A stretch of DNA of 64,000 nt from NCBI GenBank assembly GCA_963665815.1, contig OY762463.1:1504001-1568000 (forward strand). The letters run 5' to 3'. This DNA is from Candidatus Cloacimonadales bacterium. GTDB taxonomy: Bacteria; Cloacimonadota; Cloacimonadia; Cloacimonadales; JAIOQZ01. Below are positions 18,944-29,090 of the stretch, in pieces. The notes beneath the pieces were generated by a model. That model ran no database searches. It was not told where the DNA came from and was given only the letters and a program-made list of their open reading frames with translations. The translations under genes were made by a program, and so were the position numbers. Positions within the stretch are counted from its first letter, which is position 1. Each line of letters starts with the position of its first letter.

Positions 18944-19711
18944 ATGGATCTTGCAACAGTCATTGGTCTGAGTCTTGGTTTAATGCTTGTTTTTGTTCCA
19001 ATCCTCATTTCCGGAATGATAGCATCATTTATTGATGTCGGTTCCATTATGATTGTGATTGGCGGAGCTATTTCAGCTGTAATAACATCATATCCGCTTA
19101 ATGACTTTCTTGCAATGGGCAAAATTATGAAAAACGCTTTTTTCACATCACAGGAAGACATCACAAAAAAAGTTGATCTTCTTACCGATCTTGGCGAAAA
19201 AGCCAGACGAGAAGGTATACTCGCTCTGGAAAGAGAGCTGAAAGGTATTGATGATGATTTTATGAAAAAAGCTATTCAACTTGCTGTTGACGGAAATGAA
19301 GTGGAAGTTATTGAAACTGTGATGGGAACTGAAATCGAATATATTGAGGCGAGGCACAAAACAGGGAAAGAAATGATGGATGCTATGGGCTTTTTTGCTC
19401 CTGCATTCGGTATGATAGGTACACTCGTTGGACTTATTCAAATGCTTCAAGCACTTGATGATCCATCAAACATTGGTGCCGGTATGTCAGTCGCACTCAT
19501 TACAACTTTCTATGGATCACTTGTTGCCAATGTGATTTTTATACCCCTTGCAAATAAACTTGATTTCAGATCAAAAGAAGAAGTACTCATGAAGAACCTC
19601 ATTATTGTAGGTATTCTTTCGATACAGTCGGGAGACAACCCCAGAGTACTGAGAGATAAGCTTGAAACATTCATAGCTCCTAAACTCAGGAAAGGTTCAG
19701 AATCTCAATAA
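18944..19711 (+). CDS. motA: Flagellar stator A subunit (MotA/PomA)
   Basis: ARREGILALE, APAFGMIGTLVGL, ALITTFYG, GILSIQSGDNPR. Confidence 0.95.
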   Translation: MDLATVIGLSLGLMLVFVPILISGMIASFIDVGSIMIVIGGAISAVITSYPLNDFLAMGKIMKNAFFTSQEDITKKVDLLTDLGEKARREGILALERELKGIDDDFMKKAIQLAVDGNEVEVIETVMGTEIEYIEARHKTGKEMMDAMGFFAPAFGMIGTLVGLIQMLQALDDPSNIGAGMSVALITTFYGSLVANVIFIPLANKLDFRSKEEVLMKNLIIVGILSIQSGDNPRVLRDKLETFIAPKLRKGSESQ

Positions 19712-19721
19712 AGGATAAATA

Positions 19722-20477
19722 ATGGCTAAGAAAAAGAAATGTCCGGAATGCCCACCAGAAGGTGCTCCATCGTATATGCTTACGTATGGAGACATGATGA
19801 CACTTCTTGTTACATTCTTCGTACTGCTTATTTCTTACTCATCGATGAATGAGGTTAAGTTCAAAAAAGCCATGACATCCCTTAAAGGAGCTCTTGGAGT
19901 ACTCAAAGCAGAACAGGGTGCCAGAGTTATTTCTGACCCGGTTCCAATGTATGAGTTTCGTCCTAATGATTTCAACTTCAAGGTTGAACAGCTGATCAAA
20001 CAGATTGAGGAAATCACTGAAAAATCCGGAACCCACGAAATGATCCGTGTCGAAAGATCCAAAGATCAGATAAGATTCAGTATATCGAATCCAATGCTTT
20101 ATAACTCAGGTTCTTCTTCTTTGAAGAGCCAGTCTGATGAAGTTCTTGAACAGATTGCCAAAATACTTGCAATGGTTCCATTTGATGTGAGGGTAGAAGG
20201 TCATACGGATAATATTCCGATACATACTGCCAAGTATCCATCAAACTGGGAATTGTCAAATGCCAGAGCACTTGCAGTTGTGAAGAAATTCATCCAACTA
20301 GGAATAAATCCAAGTCGTTTTCAGGCAATTGGTTTTGCTGAATTCAGACCGGTTGCAACAAACAGCACTTCTGCCGGTCGATCACAGAACAGACGGGTTG
20401 AGATTTATGTAAACCTCAAACAGGAAACTACTGATTCTTCCATAGACCTGAATTTACCAGATTTTTTAAAAGAATAA
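19722..20477 (+). CDS. motB: Flagellar stator B subunit (MotB/PomB)
   Basis: TYGDMMTLLVTFFVLL; OmpA-like domain VEGHTDN...NWELSNARA...NRRVEI. Confidence 0.95.
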   Translation: MAKKKKCPECPPEGAPSYMLTYGDMMTLLVTFFVLLISYSSMNEVKFKKAMTSLKGALGVLKAEQGARVISDPVPMYEFRPNDFNFKVEQLIKQIEEITEKSGTHEMIRVERSKDQIRFSISNPMLYNSGSSSLKSQSDEVLEQIAKILAMVPFDVRVEGHTDNIPIHTAKYPSNWELSNARALAVVKKFIQLGINPSRFQAIGFAEFRPVATNSTSAGRSQNRRVEIYVNLKQETTDSSIDLNLPDFLKE

Positions 20478-20488
20478 ATGGAGATTTT

Positions 20489-21034
20489 ATGACTCAGAAA
20501 GGAAATGTACAAAATATTATTATCATTGCTTTAACAATCATTGTATCTGTTTTATTAACCTATATTCTCATGACTCAGGTTTTCTTCAAGAAAGAGTTAA
20601 ACCATATTAAAGAAATTAACTCAAAGATTGAAGATAAACAGAAGAAAGAGGAAGAAAAAGACAAAAAAGACGGAGAAACAGGCGACCCTACCGGTAATGA
20701 GAACTATGAAGAGACCTATGCTGTTCTCAACCTTGAAGCCTTTACAGACATGATTGTAAATCCTGTTTCAAATGATGGTCCAAATCGATTGTTAATGATA
20801 TCTATTGCATTTGAGTATAAATTAGAAGATAAAAAACTTCCGGCTGAAATAGATCTTAAGATTCCTATAATGAAGAGTGAAGTCAACACAATACTTGCTT
20901 CCCAAAGCTTTGATGTGCTGGGTAATGCAGCGTTCAGACCTAAACTTCAGAAAATGGTGAAAGATAAGATTAATAAAATGCTTACCAAAGGACAGATTAC
21001 ACGTGTATTTTTCACTCAATTCGTTCTTCAATAA
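20489..21034 (+). CDS. fliL: Flagellar basal body-associated protein FliL
   Basis: N-terminal TM; C-terminal ITRVFFTQFVLQ; located between motB and fliM. Confidence 0.85.
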   Translation: MTQKGNVQNIIIIALTIIVSVLLTYILMTQVFFKKELNHIKEINSKIEDKQKKEEEKDKKDGETGDPTGNENYEETYAVLNLEAFTDMIVNPVSNDGPNRLLMISIAFEYKLEDKKLPAEIDLKIPIMKSEVNTILASQSFDVLGNAAFRPKLQKMVKDKINKMLTKGQITRVFFTQFVLQ

Positions 21035-21062
21035 GAGCGTATTGAAAAGGTACATAGAATAA

Positions 21063-22061
21063 ATGAGTAAACTACTTACACAAGAAGAAATTGATGCCCT
21101 GTTATCGCAGGAACACGGTGAAGAGAAACAGCCGAAGAATGTCCTTCAGCAGAAAGAACTGAGACTCTATGATTTTAGACGACCTGAACGGGTCTCTAAA
21201 GATCAGATAAAAATCTTAAGGAATATCCATGAGATTTTTGCCAGACTGCTTTCTCCCTACCTTTCCAATACACTGCGTACAATGGTAGATGTCAAAAGTC
21301 CGGTAATTGATCAGGTAACATATCTTGAATTCACAATGTCCGCTTCAGATTATACTAATATGTATATTTTCGAAGTTGAAAAACTCGATGGACAGGCGAT
21401 TCTTGACATTGATCCTGACCTCACCTACTTCGTTGTCGACAGGCTTTTCGGGGGAACCGGAGCAACTCTTGTCAGACGAAATGACATTCAGGATCTCAGC
21501 GAGATAGAAAGATCAGTTCTCAAATCTATAGCAGAGAAAATTCTTGAGCATTTCAGAGAAGCCTGGCAGCAGATTGACGATCTTAAATGCAGCATCAATA
21601 CTTTTGAGACAAACCCTCAGCTTGTGACAATTGCACCATCCAGTGAAACAATGATTGTTCTGAATTTTCCTGTAGCCGCAAGAAGCTTTGAATTCACTAT
21701 TCTTCTCTGTTTCCCTTACTTCATGCTTGAGCCTGTTTTGAAAAAACTTCTCAGCCAGAATTACATGGCCCTTCTTAAAAAGGAAACAACAGAAGAAGAC
21801 TACCTCAGTATTCAACATACTATTGAACAAACTTCTGTTACATGCAATGTTAATCTCGGGGAAAGTGAGATTTCAGTAAATGACTTTCTGGAACTTCAGG
21901 AAGGAAACATCATTTTGTTGAATAAGAATATAAACGATAGTATCACTGCTTATGTCGAAGGAAAACCCAGATTTTCCGGTACTATAGGTAAACATAAAAA
22001 ATCAATGGCATTTCAGATCCAAAACATAACTGATCAAGAGGGAGAAATTATCCATGAGTAA
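21063..22061 (+). CDS. fliM: Flagellar motor switch protein FliM
   Basis: LLTQEEIDALL, YDFRRPERVSKDQ, ETNPQLV. Confidence 0.95.
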   Translation: MSKLLTQEEIDALLSQEHGEEKQPKNVLQQKELRLYDFRRPERVSKDQIKILRNIHEIFARLLSPYLSNTLRTMVDVKSPVIDQVTYLEFTMSASDYTNMYIFEVEKLDGQAILDIDPDLTYFVVDRLFGGTGATLVRRNDIQDLSEIERSVLKSIAEKILEHFREAWQQIDDLKCSINTFETNPQLVTIAPSSETMIVLNFPVAARSFEFTILLCFPYFMLEPVLKKLLSQNYMALLKKETTEEDYLSIQHTIEQTSVTCNVNLGESEISVNDFLELQEGNIILLNKNINDSITAYVEGKPRFSGTIGKHKKSMAFQIQNITDQEGEIIHE

Positions 22062-23043
22062 TCCAACTAATATAAACAAACTTATAGACATGTTCATTGG
22101 TAATGCAAATGGTGTATTGACCACAATTACCAACACTGAACTAAATATAGAACGACAGAACATTGAAAGTTTTAACTTTGACAATATTTCTTCCGCTTTT
22201 GAACTTCCCGGAGTGCTGTTAACAATAAATTTCTCCGGAGATCAAAACTTTCAGGTTCTGTATATTATGCCTAAAAAACTTGCTGCTGTTCTTTCAGATC
22301 TTATGATGCTGGGAGATGGACAAGTTGATTATAATCCTGAAGAGCATAATGATGCTATCCAGGAAATGTATAACCAGATCTTGGGCAGTATGGCTTCAGA
22401 AATTTCCGGAATTGGTGTCAGCCTTACCGGAACAATCACTCAAGTAGAATTGACAGATATGGAGATTCAGAAAGATTTTCTCGAAGACAATCAAATGATG
22501 AGGCTGAATATCAGTATTATCGGTGAATCTTTCCCAATGTTTGTATTCTTTGACAACTTTGCAGGAGACTCTATTGATAATCTGTTCCAGAATGATGGAG
22601 CAGGAAGTCAAGGAGAAGCTGAGTTTAATATGGCTGATATTGGATTAACAGCTGCCCCTCAGCAAACAGAGCAAATGAACAATTTTTCCGCCCCACCGGC
22701 TCAGGAACAACCTGCAATTCCGGTTTCCAGAGCTTCTTTCTCAACTTTGGAAGACACAAAACTTTCACCTAATGCTGCAGTTAACATAGACATGCTCTAT
22801 GATATCATGCTTCCAATAACAGTAGAACTGGGACGCAAGGATATGAAAATCAAGGAAATTCTTGAAATGGGTCAGGGATCCGTTATCGAGCTTGATAAAA
22901 CTGCCGGAGATTATGTTGATCTGATAGTTAACGGTAAGAAATTTGCTATTGGTGAAGTAATGGTTGCTGATGAAAATTATGCTGTAAGAATTGTAAGTCT
23001 GGTATCTCGTAAGGACAGAATAAAAACTCTGGGTAGACAATGA
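22054..23043 (+). CDS. fliN: FliY/FliN switch protein (CheC-like N-terminal domain plus FliN domain)
   Basis: DAIQEMYNQILG (ExxN); C-terminal TVELGRKDMKIKEILEMGQGSVIELDK...GEVMVADENYAVRI. Confidence 0.85.
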   Translation: MSNPTNINKLIDMFIGNANGVLTTITNTELNIERQNIESFNFDNISSAFELPGVLLTINFSGDQNFQVLYIMPKKLAAVLSDLMMLGDGQVDYNPEEHNDAIQEMYNQILGSMASEISGIGVSLTGTITQVELTDMEIQKDFLEDNQMMRLNISIIGESFPMFVFFDNFAGDSIDNLFQNDGAGSQGEAEFNMADIGLTAAPQQTEQMNNFSAPPAQEQPAIPVSRASFSTLEDTKLSPNAAVNIDMLYDIMLPITVELGRKDMKIKEILEMGQGSVIELDKTAGDYVDLIVNGKKFAIGEVMVADENYAVRIVSLVSRKDRIKTLGRQ

Positions 23044-23549
23044 GAAAACTACTGTTAATTGCTGTTCTCTTCAGTGCTTTTACTCATTTGACATGTGTGA
23101 ATCTTGAAGACTCAACACAATTTAACAGAATATTTGAAATTTCAGACAGTTCTGATACCGGAAAGTCTCAGGATATTCCCGAAGTTCACGGTTTGAATGC
23201 CATGCAGTATGTTGGTGCTCTATTTATTATCGCCTTGTTAATTTACATTTTTTATAAAGTTTCCAGAAAGATGTCTTTAACTGGCAAAGCACTGTCAAAT
23301 CTTGATAAAAACGCAAAAGTAATTGACATTATTCATATAGGAAATAAACAATATATTTATCTGGTTTACCTTCTGGATGAGATAAGCGTTCTTGGTGTTT
23401 CCACCGGTAACATTCAACTTCTGTATCAGATTAAGGATGAAACAAAAATCAGGGAAATACTTGATAAGAAAAAAGAAACCGCTGAAAATTCATTCAGCTA
23501 TAAATTATCAGAAAAACTGATTAAAAGAAAGAATAATGAAAAAAGTTAG
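23040..23549 (+). CDS. fliO: Flagellar biosynthesis protein FliO/FliZ
   Basis: TM helix followed by KVIDIIHIGNKQYIYLV...LGVS; located upstream of fliP. Confidence 0.7.
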   Translation: MRKLLLIAVLFSAFTHLTCVNLEDSTQFNRIFEISDSSDTGKSQDIPEVHGLNAMQYVGALFIIALLIYIFYKVSRKMSLTGKALSNLDKNAKVIDIIHIGNKQYIYLVYLLDEISVLGVSTGNIQLLYQIKDETKIREILDKKKETAENSFSYKLSEKLIKRKNNEKS

Positions 23550-24279
23550 TAGACTGTTAATAATATTATTTCTATTGTCTCTTGTATGTCTGATCAACGC
23601 TCAGACAGTTCCGTCGATAACTCTTGGAGTGGAAGAAGCAAGTAACCCTAAAGATGTCGCTGTATCACTACAGATACTTTTACTTATAACCGTACTGTCT
23701 CTTGCACCGTCTATTCTGATTTTAATGACGTCTTTCACAAGAATAACTATTGTTCTCAGTATGGTAAGAAAAGCAGTTGGTACTCAGAGCACTCCATCGA
23801 ATCAGATTATTGTAGCTCTTTCCCTGTTTCTGACATTTTTTGTTATGGCTCCAGTCTTTAAGAATATCAATGATACCGCACTTCAACCATATCTGAAGTC
23901 TGAACTTACTCATCAGGAAGCATTTGAGAAAGGGGTTAAACCTCTGAGAGAATTCATGCTAAAGCAGACCAGAGAGAAAGACCTTGCATTAATGGTAAAT
24001 AATGCCAGACTGGAAAAGCCGGAATCGCCTGATGATCTGCCACTGCATGTAATCGTACCTGCTTTTGCAATCAGTGAAATACGCCTTGCGTTTCAAATGG
24101 GTTTCCTTCTTTATCTTCCTTTCCTTATGATTGATATGATTATTGCAAGTATTCTCATGTCCATGGGTATGATGATGCTGCCGCCACCAATGATTTCAGC
24201 CCCATTCAAGATCCTTCTCTTCGTTTTAGTTGATGGCTGGTATATTGTCATTGAATCACTTATAAGAAGTTTTTACTAA
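23536..24279 (+). CDS. fliP: Flagellar export gate protein FliP
   Basis: LMTSFTRI, PAFAISE, MGMMMLPP, PFKILLFVLVDGW. Confidence 0.97.
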   Translation: MKKVSRLLIILFLLSLVCLINAQTVPSITLGVEEASNPKDVAVSLQILLLITVLSLAPSILILMTSFTRITIVLSMVRKAVGTQSTPSNQIIVALSLFLTFFVMAPVFKNINDTALQPYLKSELTHQEAFEKGVKPLREFMLKQTREKDLALMVNNARLEKPESPDDLPLHVIVPAFAISEIRLAFQMGFLLYLPFLMIDMIIASILMSMGMMMLPPPMISAPFKILLFVLVDGWYIVIESLIRSFY

Positions 24280-24288
24280 GGATTTGTT

Positions 24289-24555
24289 ATGACTCAGGAA
24301 TTAGTTATTGAAGTAGCAGCAAGAACACTATATTATACAGGCATTATTGCCGCTCCCATCCTTATAACAGGACTTGTAGTCGGTCTTCTTGTTTCTATTT
24401 TTCAAACTGTAACCCAGATCAGGGAAATGACTCTTACATTCATTCCCAAAATAACAGCAGTTATGTTGATTGTACTGTTAACAATCCCCTGGATGGTAAA
24501 TAAGTTCATTGAATACGTAAACTATATCAGAAGCATTCTGGAATCACTAAGTTAA
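24289..24555 (+). CDS. fliQ: Flagellar export protein FliQ
   Basis: GLLVSIFQTVTQIREMTLTFIPK. Confidence 0.95.
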   Translation: MTQELVIEVAARTLYYTGIIAAPILITGLVVGLLVSIFQTVTQIREMTLTFIPKITAVMLIVLLTIPWMVNKFIEYVNYIRSILESLS

Positions 24556-24557
24556 AA

Positions 24558-25346
24558 ATGTTTGAGTTCCTTGGCTTTACAACTGTTGAGTTTGAACACC
24601 TCTTACTTATTGGAGTTAGAATTTCTGCACTTCTCCTTACACTTCCCCTGTTTTCTGCTCCTTTGGTTACACCCAGGATCAGAATTGTAATCAGTATTTG
24701 TCTTGCAATTATTGTATTCCAGATTGTTCCTGCCCCCGATAATCTCCCCGTAGATATTATGTTGCTGGGGTTCTTTGCTGCTCAGGAACTTATGATTGGA
24801 CTTCTGATGGGTTTTACTGCTACAATACTGTTTGAATCTCTCAAACTATCCGGCTTCATGATAGGTCGTATGATGAGTCTTTCCATGATGACACTCATAG
24901 ACCCGACAACATCTGAAAATTCTCAGTTGATTGGTCAGTTAAAATACTATGTAGCTATGCTGCTTCTTTTCACATTTTATGGGCATCACTTCTTCCTACA
25001 GACAATTTTTGACAGTTTCTACTTCATGCCTGTAACAAAAATCCATTACAGTGCAAGTTTCCTGCCTGAATTTCTGAAGATGTTTTCCTACATCTTTGTA
25101 GCAGGGATAAAAATAGGTGCTCCTATATTTGCTGCATTGTTTCTTGAGAGAGTTCTACTGGCATTGTTTGCCAAAGTCACTCCTGAAATCCAGATTTTAA
25201 TTGTAGCAATGCCTCTCGCTATTTTGATAGGTTTCTACTTCCTTTCAATATACTGGCCGTACTTCTCCTATATATTCCTCAAAATTTTTAACAGTTTTAA
25301 ACTGGACTATCTGGAATTATTCAAATTACTTGGTACTCAGAGGTAA
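24558..25346 (+). CDS. fliR: Flagellar export protein FliR
   Basis: Hydrophobic; RISAL...PLF, ELMIG, GHH, P-ending motif KVTPEIQI; follows fliQ. Confidence 0.9.
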   Translation: MFEFLGFTTVEFEHLLLIGVRISALLLTLPLFSAPLVTPRIRIVISICLAIIVFQIVPAPDNLPVDIMLLGFFAAQELMIGLLMGFTATILFESLKLSGFMIGRMMSLSMMTLIDPTTSENSQLIGQLKYYVAMLLLFTFYGHHFFLQTIFDSFYFMPVTKIHYSASFLPEFLKMFSYIFVAGIKIGAPIFAALFLERVLLALFAKVTPEIQILIVAMPLAILIGFYFLSIYWPYFSYIFLKIFNSFKLDYLELFKLLGTQR

Positions 25347-25348
25347 CT

Positions 25349-25603
25349 ATGAAAAGATTTGGACGATTTGAGCTAATCATAATAGGATTACTTGTATTGT
25401 TTATTGTATTCAAGTTCATAAGTCTTGTAATAGGCTTATCTTTCGGAATATTAAGTTTAGCTTTCAGATATTGGTATATAACTATTCCGGTAATACTAAT
25501 ATTTTACTACTTCAGCAGAAAAAATAAAAGAATTTCACACTCCGGAAACAAACCGGAAAGCCGGGATGAAATTATTGTTGAACTAAAAAAAGATAAGGAA
25601 TAA
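25349..25603 (+). CDS. Small membrane hypothetical protein
   Basis: Two hydrophobic segments; starts 2 nt after the fliR stop. Confidence 0.55.
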   Translation: MKRFGRFELIIIGLLVLFIVFKFISLVIGLSFGILSLAFRYWYITIPVILIFYYFSRKNKRISHSGNKPESRDEIIVELKKDKE

Positions 25604-25616
25604 CTAAGGGTAGGAG

Positions 25617-25952
25617 ATGAGGATTATTTCACTCATAATACTCGCTGCTGTTTTTCTTGTTGAAAACATTCTTGATGCACATTCAACATATCTTGTTGTT
25701 AGTAACACATCAATAAAATCTGAGAAAAATCCAGTTGCCAGATTCCTTTTCTGTAGATTCGGACTTATTAAAGGAATGATAATTCTGAAATCAATTATCG
25801 TAATTGTGCTGATACTTATATTCTTTGTATATCCCTTTACTAATCTTGAGCTTCACATTATCCTCAGTATAAGTATTTTCCTGTATCTGCTCGTTGTACT
25901 TAACAACTACCGAATTTATATAAAACTAAAAAAGCAGAAGATTAGCAAATAA
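25617..25952 (+). CDS. Small membrane protein, DUF5658-like
   Basis: LDAHSTY...EKNPVARFL motif; three TM segments; RBS AGGAG. Confidence 0.55.
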   Translation: MRIISLIILAAVFLVENILDAHSTYLVVSNTSIKSEKNPVARFLFCRFGLIKGMIILKSIIVIVLILIFFVYPFTNLELHIILSISIFLYLLVVLNNYRIYIKLKKQKISK

Positions 25953-26012
25953 TGCTGGACATATTTACTGTTAAGGCATCATTGACTAAAATACTTCCTA
26001 TGGAGATTTCTG

Positions 26013-26804
26013 ATGTACGATAAACTGCTGAACAGCAAAAACTTTTTCCTGATCGCCGGTCCATGTGTTGTTGAAGACGAATCTTTAATGATGCACACTG
26101 CTGAAACACTTAAAAAAACTTGTAATGATCGTGACATTACACTCATTTTTAAAGCATCCTACCTTAAAGCAAACAGAACTTCTGTGACATCATTTTCAGG
26201 TCCCGGATTGCAGGATGGTTTGAAACTTCTTGATAAAATCAAGCATGAATTCCAATTACCAATACTGACTGATGTACATGAATCAAATGAAGTTCAATCT
26301 GTCAGTCAAGTGGCTGATATTATTCAGATTCCTGCATTTCTCAGCAGACAGACTATTCTTATCCGTGAAGCAGCGAAAAGCGGAAAAATCATTAACATTA
26401 AAAAGGGGCAGTTTATGGCTCCTGAAAATATGAAAGCAGCAACAGAAAAAGTAACCGCAGAAAACAATTATAAAATCCTCGTTACTGAAAGAGGAACAAT
26501 GTTTGGCTATCAAAATCTGATTGTTGACTTTCGAAGTTTTGCATCTCTGCATAGCTTGAGATTTCCAGTTGTTTTTGATGTTACTCACAGTTTGCAGAAA
26601 CCATCTATAAATCAGATTTCCGGTGGATCTCCCGAATATGCACCCATGATGGCAAAAGCGGCTCTGGCAACAGGTTATGTTAATGGATTGTTTATTGAGA
26701 CTCATCCTGCACCTATGGATGCTCTCAGTGATTCCGCAAGTATGATACAGTTAGGTACTCTTCCGGACCTGCTTGATCAATGTATACGAGTATATCAGAA
26801 ATAG
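26013..26804 (+). CDS. kdsA: KDO 8-phosphate synthase (probably metal-dependent class)
   Basis: IAGPCVVE, KANRTS, QIPAFLSRQT, NIKKGQF, FDVTHS. Confidence 0.95.
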   Translation: MYDKLLNSKNFFLIAGPCVVEDESLMMHTAETLKKTCNDRDITLIFKASYLKANRTSVTSFSGPGLQDGLKLLDKIKHEFQLPILTDVHESNEVQSVSQVADIIQIPAFLSRQTILIREAAKSGKIINIKKGQFMAPENMKAATEKVTAENNYKILVTERGTMFGYQNLIVDFRSFASLHSLRFPVVFDVTHSLQKPSINQISGGSPEYAPMMAKAALATGYVNGLFIETHPAPMDALSDSASMIQLGTLPDLLDQCIRVYQK

Positions 26805-27061
26805 TGAACATTCATATTAGCAATGATTAAGAAAACCGAATGATTTATTATGAATTTGTTATTTAACAAAGAGGTTAATACATCTCTATGTGATATAATT
26901 TTTGCGGTAAAAATGATGCTTTCAGGATAATATATTATTATTACTAATACAATTCTTCCATTTTGATATCCTGGAACGTAGATGTTGCATTGTTAAACGA
27001 TGTTATTTTACAAGTAAAAACTTGACATTGGATTGACATTTTTTGTGTATGAAAATAAAAA

Positions 27062-27478
27062 ATGATTGAATTTATAAAAAAAAATAAAGAGTTGGTCGTT
27101 CAAGCGTTAAAATATTTTATAGCAAGTTTTGTTGCTTTGGGTTTTGATGCTGGTGGGTTATATATACTCACGGAGTGGATTAATCTTTACTACCTTATTG
27201 CAGCCGTAATCTCTTTCACCATAGGTCTTGTAGTAATATACTTTATATCAATTTTCTGGGTTTTTCCTCGGAATTGTGATGTAAACAGAGCAAAAGAGTT
27301 TTTAATATTTTGTATTATTGGTGTAATGGGATTAGGTGTGAATATTGCAGTATTGTGGTTATTCACTAGCGTTTTTGGATTTTATTATATGATTTCCAAA
27401 GGCTTTGCTGCAATAATAGGATTCATGTGGAACTTCATATTAAGAAAATTTATTTTATTTTCTAAAGGAACCAGGTAA
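27062..27478 (+). CDS. GtrA-family membrane protein (putative lipid-linked sugar flippase)
   Basis: Four TM segments; QALKYFI...WVF...EFLIF...[11 protein letters not shown]. Confidence 0.85.
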   Translation: MIEFIKKNKELVVQALKYFIASFVALGFDAGGLYILTEWINLYYLIAAVISFTIGLVVIYFISIFWVFPRNCDVNRAKEFLIFCIIGVMGLGVNIAVLWLFTSVFGFYYMISKGFAAIIGFMWNFILRKFILFSKGTR

Positions 27479-27480
27479 TA

Positions 27481-29046
27481 ATGAAGAAGAAGATAGTTGT
27501 CATCGGAGCAGGTCCTGCAGGACTGACTGCAGCTCATGAATTGCAAAACAAAGGTGATTATGATATTGTTATTCTTGAGGCTACCAATAAAATTGGGGGG
27601 ATCAGTCAAACTGCTAAGCATAAAGGCAACAGAATGGATATTGGAGGACATCGTTTTTTTACAAAGTCTGACAGAGTGATGAAGTGGTGGTTAGATAAAT
27701 TTCCTATTCAGGGAAAACCTGCATATGATGATATTAAACTAAACAGAGATATCCCACTTTCGAAAGCTGAAGATGCACCTGATCCTGCTGTTGATGACCG
27801 TGTAATGCTGTATAGAAACAGAATATCCAGAATTTATTTCATGAAAACCTTTTTTAACTATCCAATAACACTGAATATGGACACAATCAAGAAGCTTGGA
27901 ATAGTTAAAATGATGAAAATCGGGTTCTCTTATTTCTGGATCAAACTTTTTCCTAAAAAAGAAATATCTCTTGAAGAGTTTTTTATCAACAGGTTTGGCA
28001 AGGAACTTTATCTTACATTTTTCAAAAATTACACCGAAAAAGTTTGGGGAATTCCATGTTCTGAAATAGAACCAAGCTGGGGATCTCAGCGTATTAAAGG
28101 ACTATCAATAACTAAGCTTATATCCCATTTCTTCAGACAAAAATTCACCACCCGAAAAAACATTGAGCAAAAAGACACTGAAACAAGCTTAATAGAACAG
28201 TTTCTATACCCTAAACATGGTCCCGGAAGCCTTTGGGAGGCAGTAGCTGAAGACATTGAAAATGAAGGAGCAAAAATTATCATGGAAAGTCAGGTTACCG
28301 GACTTTCTCTGGAGAACGGTGATATTAAGAAAATTCGATACAAAAAATCTGATGGCTCTGAATCTGAAATTGAAGCGGATATTGTAGTATCATCAATGCC
28401 AGTGCGTGACCTCATTGATTCCCTCGGTTCAGTTGTGCCTGAAGATGTTAAAAAAGTATCTGATGGAATCTTGTATCGCGATTTCATGACTTGCGGTATT
28501 TTGCTCAAAAAACTTAAAATAAAAAATGAATCAGGTATAAATACTATAAATAATCTGGTTCCAGATAACTGGATATATATTCAAGAACCAGAAGTAAAAA
28601 TCGGCAGATTGCAGATATTCAATAATTGGAGTCCTTATATGCCTGAAGATATAAACAATGTTTGGATAGGAACCGAATATTTCTGTGAAGAAGGTGATGA
28701 GCTCTGGTCTAAGTCAGATAATGATTTTGCTGAGTTTGCAATTAGTGAGTGCAAGAAGATAAACGTAATTGCCCCCGAAGATGTTATTGACCATTGTGTT
28801 ATTAGAGTAAAAAAAGCTTATCCAGCGTACTTCGGTACATATAAGTCTTTTCATGTCATCAGAGAATACCTTGACACAATAAAGAATCTGTATCCCGTAG
28901 GAAGAAATGGGATGCACAGATACAATAATCAGGATCACTCTATGCTTACTTCCATGAATGCAGCTGACTTGATAAGTATCGGGTCATATGACAAAACCAG
29001 TCTTTGGGAAGTGAACGCAGAAGAAGACTACCACGAAAGTAAATAA
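27481..29046 (+). CDS. FAD-dependent oxidoreductase (UDP-galactopyranose mutase-like/HemY-like superfamily)
   Basis: GAGPAG dinucleotide fold, [34 protein letters not shown]. Confidence 0.85.
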   Translation: MKKKIVVIGAGPAGLTAAHELQNKGDYDIVILEATNKIGGISQTAKHKGNRMDIGGHRFFTKSDRVMKWWLDKFPIQGKPAYDDIKLNRDIPLSKAEDAPDPAVDDRVMLYRNRISRIYFMKTFFNYPITLNMDTIKKLGIVKMMKIGFSYFWIKLFPKKEISLEEFFINRFGKELYLTFFKNYTEKVWGIPCSEIEPSWGSQRIKGLSITKLISHFFRQKFTTRKNIEQKDTETSLIEQFLYPKHGPGSLWEAVAEDIENEGAKIIMESQVTGLSLENGDIKKIRYKKSDGSESEIEADIVVSSMPVRDLIDSLGSVVPEDVKKVSDGILYRDFMTCGILLKKLKIKNESGINTINNLVPDNWIYIQEPEVKIGRLQIFNNWSPYMPEDINNVWIGTEYFCEEGDELWSKSDNDFAEFAISECKKINVIAPEDVIDHCVIRVKKAYPAYFGTYKSFHVIREYLDTIKNLYPVGRNGMHRYNNQDHSMLTSMNAADLISIGSYDKTSLWEVNAEEDYHESK

Positions 29047-29090
29047 ATGCATATTATTCCTGATTCCCTTGAACTGCATCTGGAGACTGA

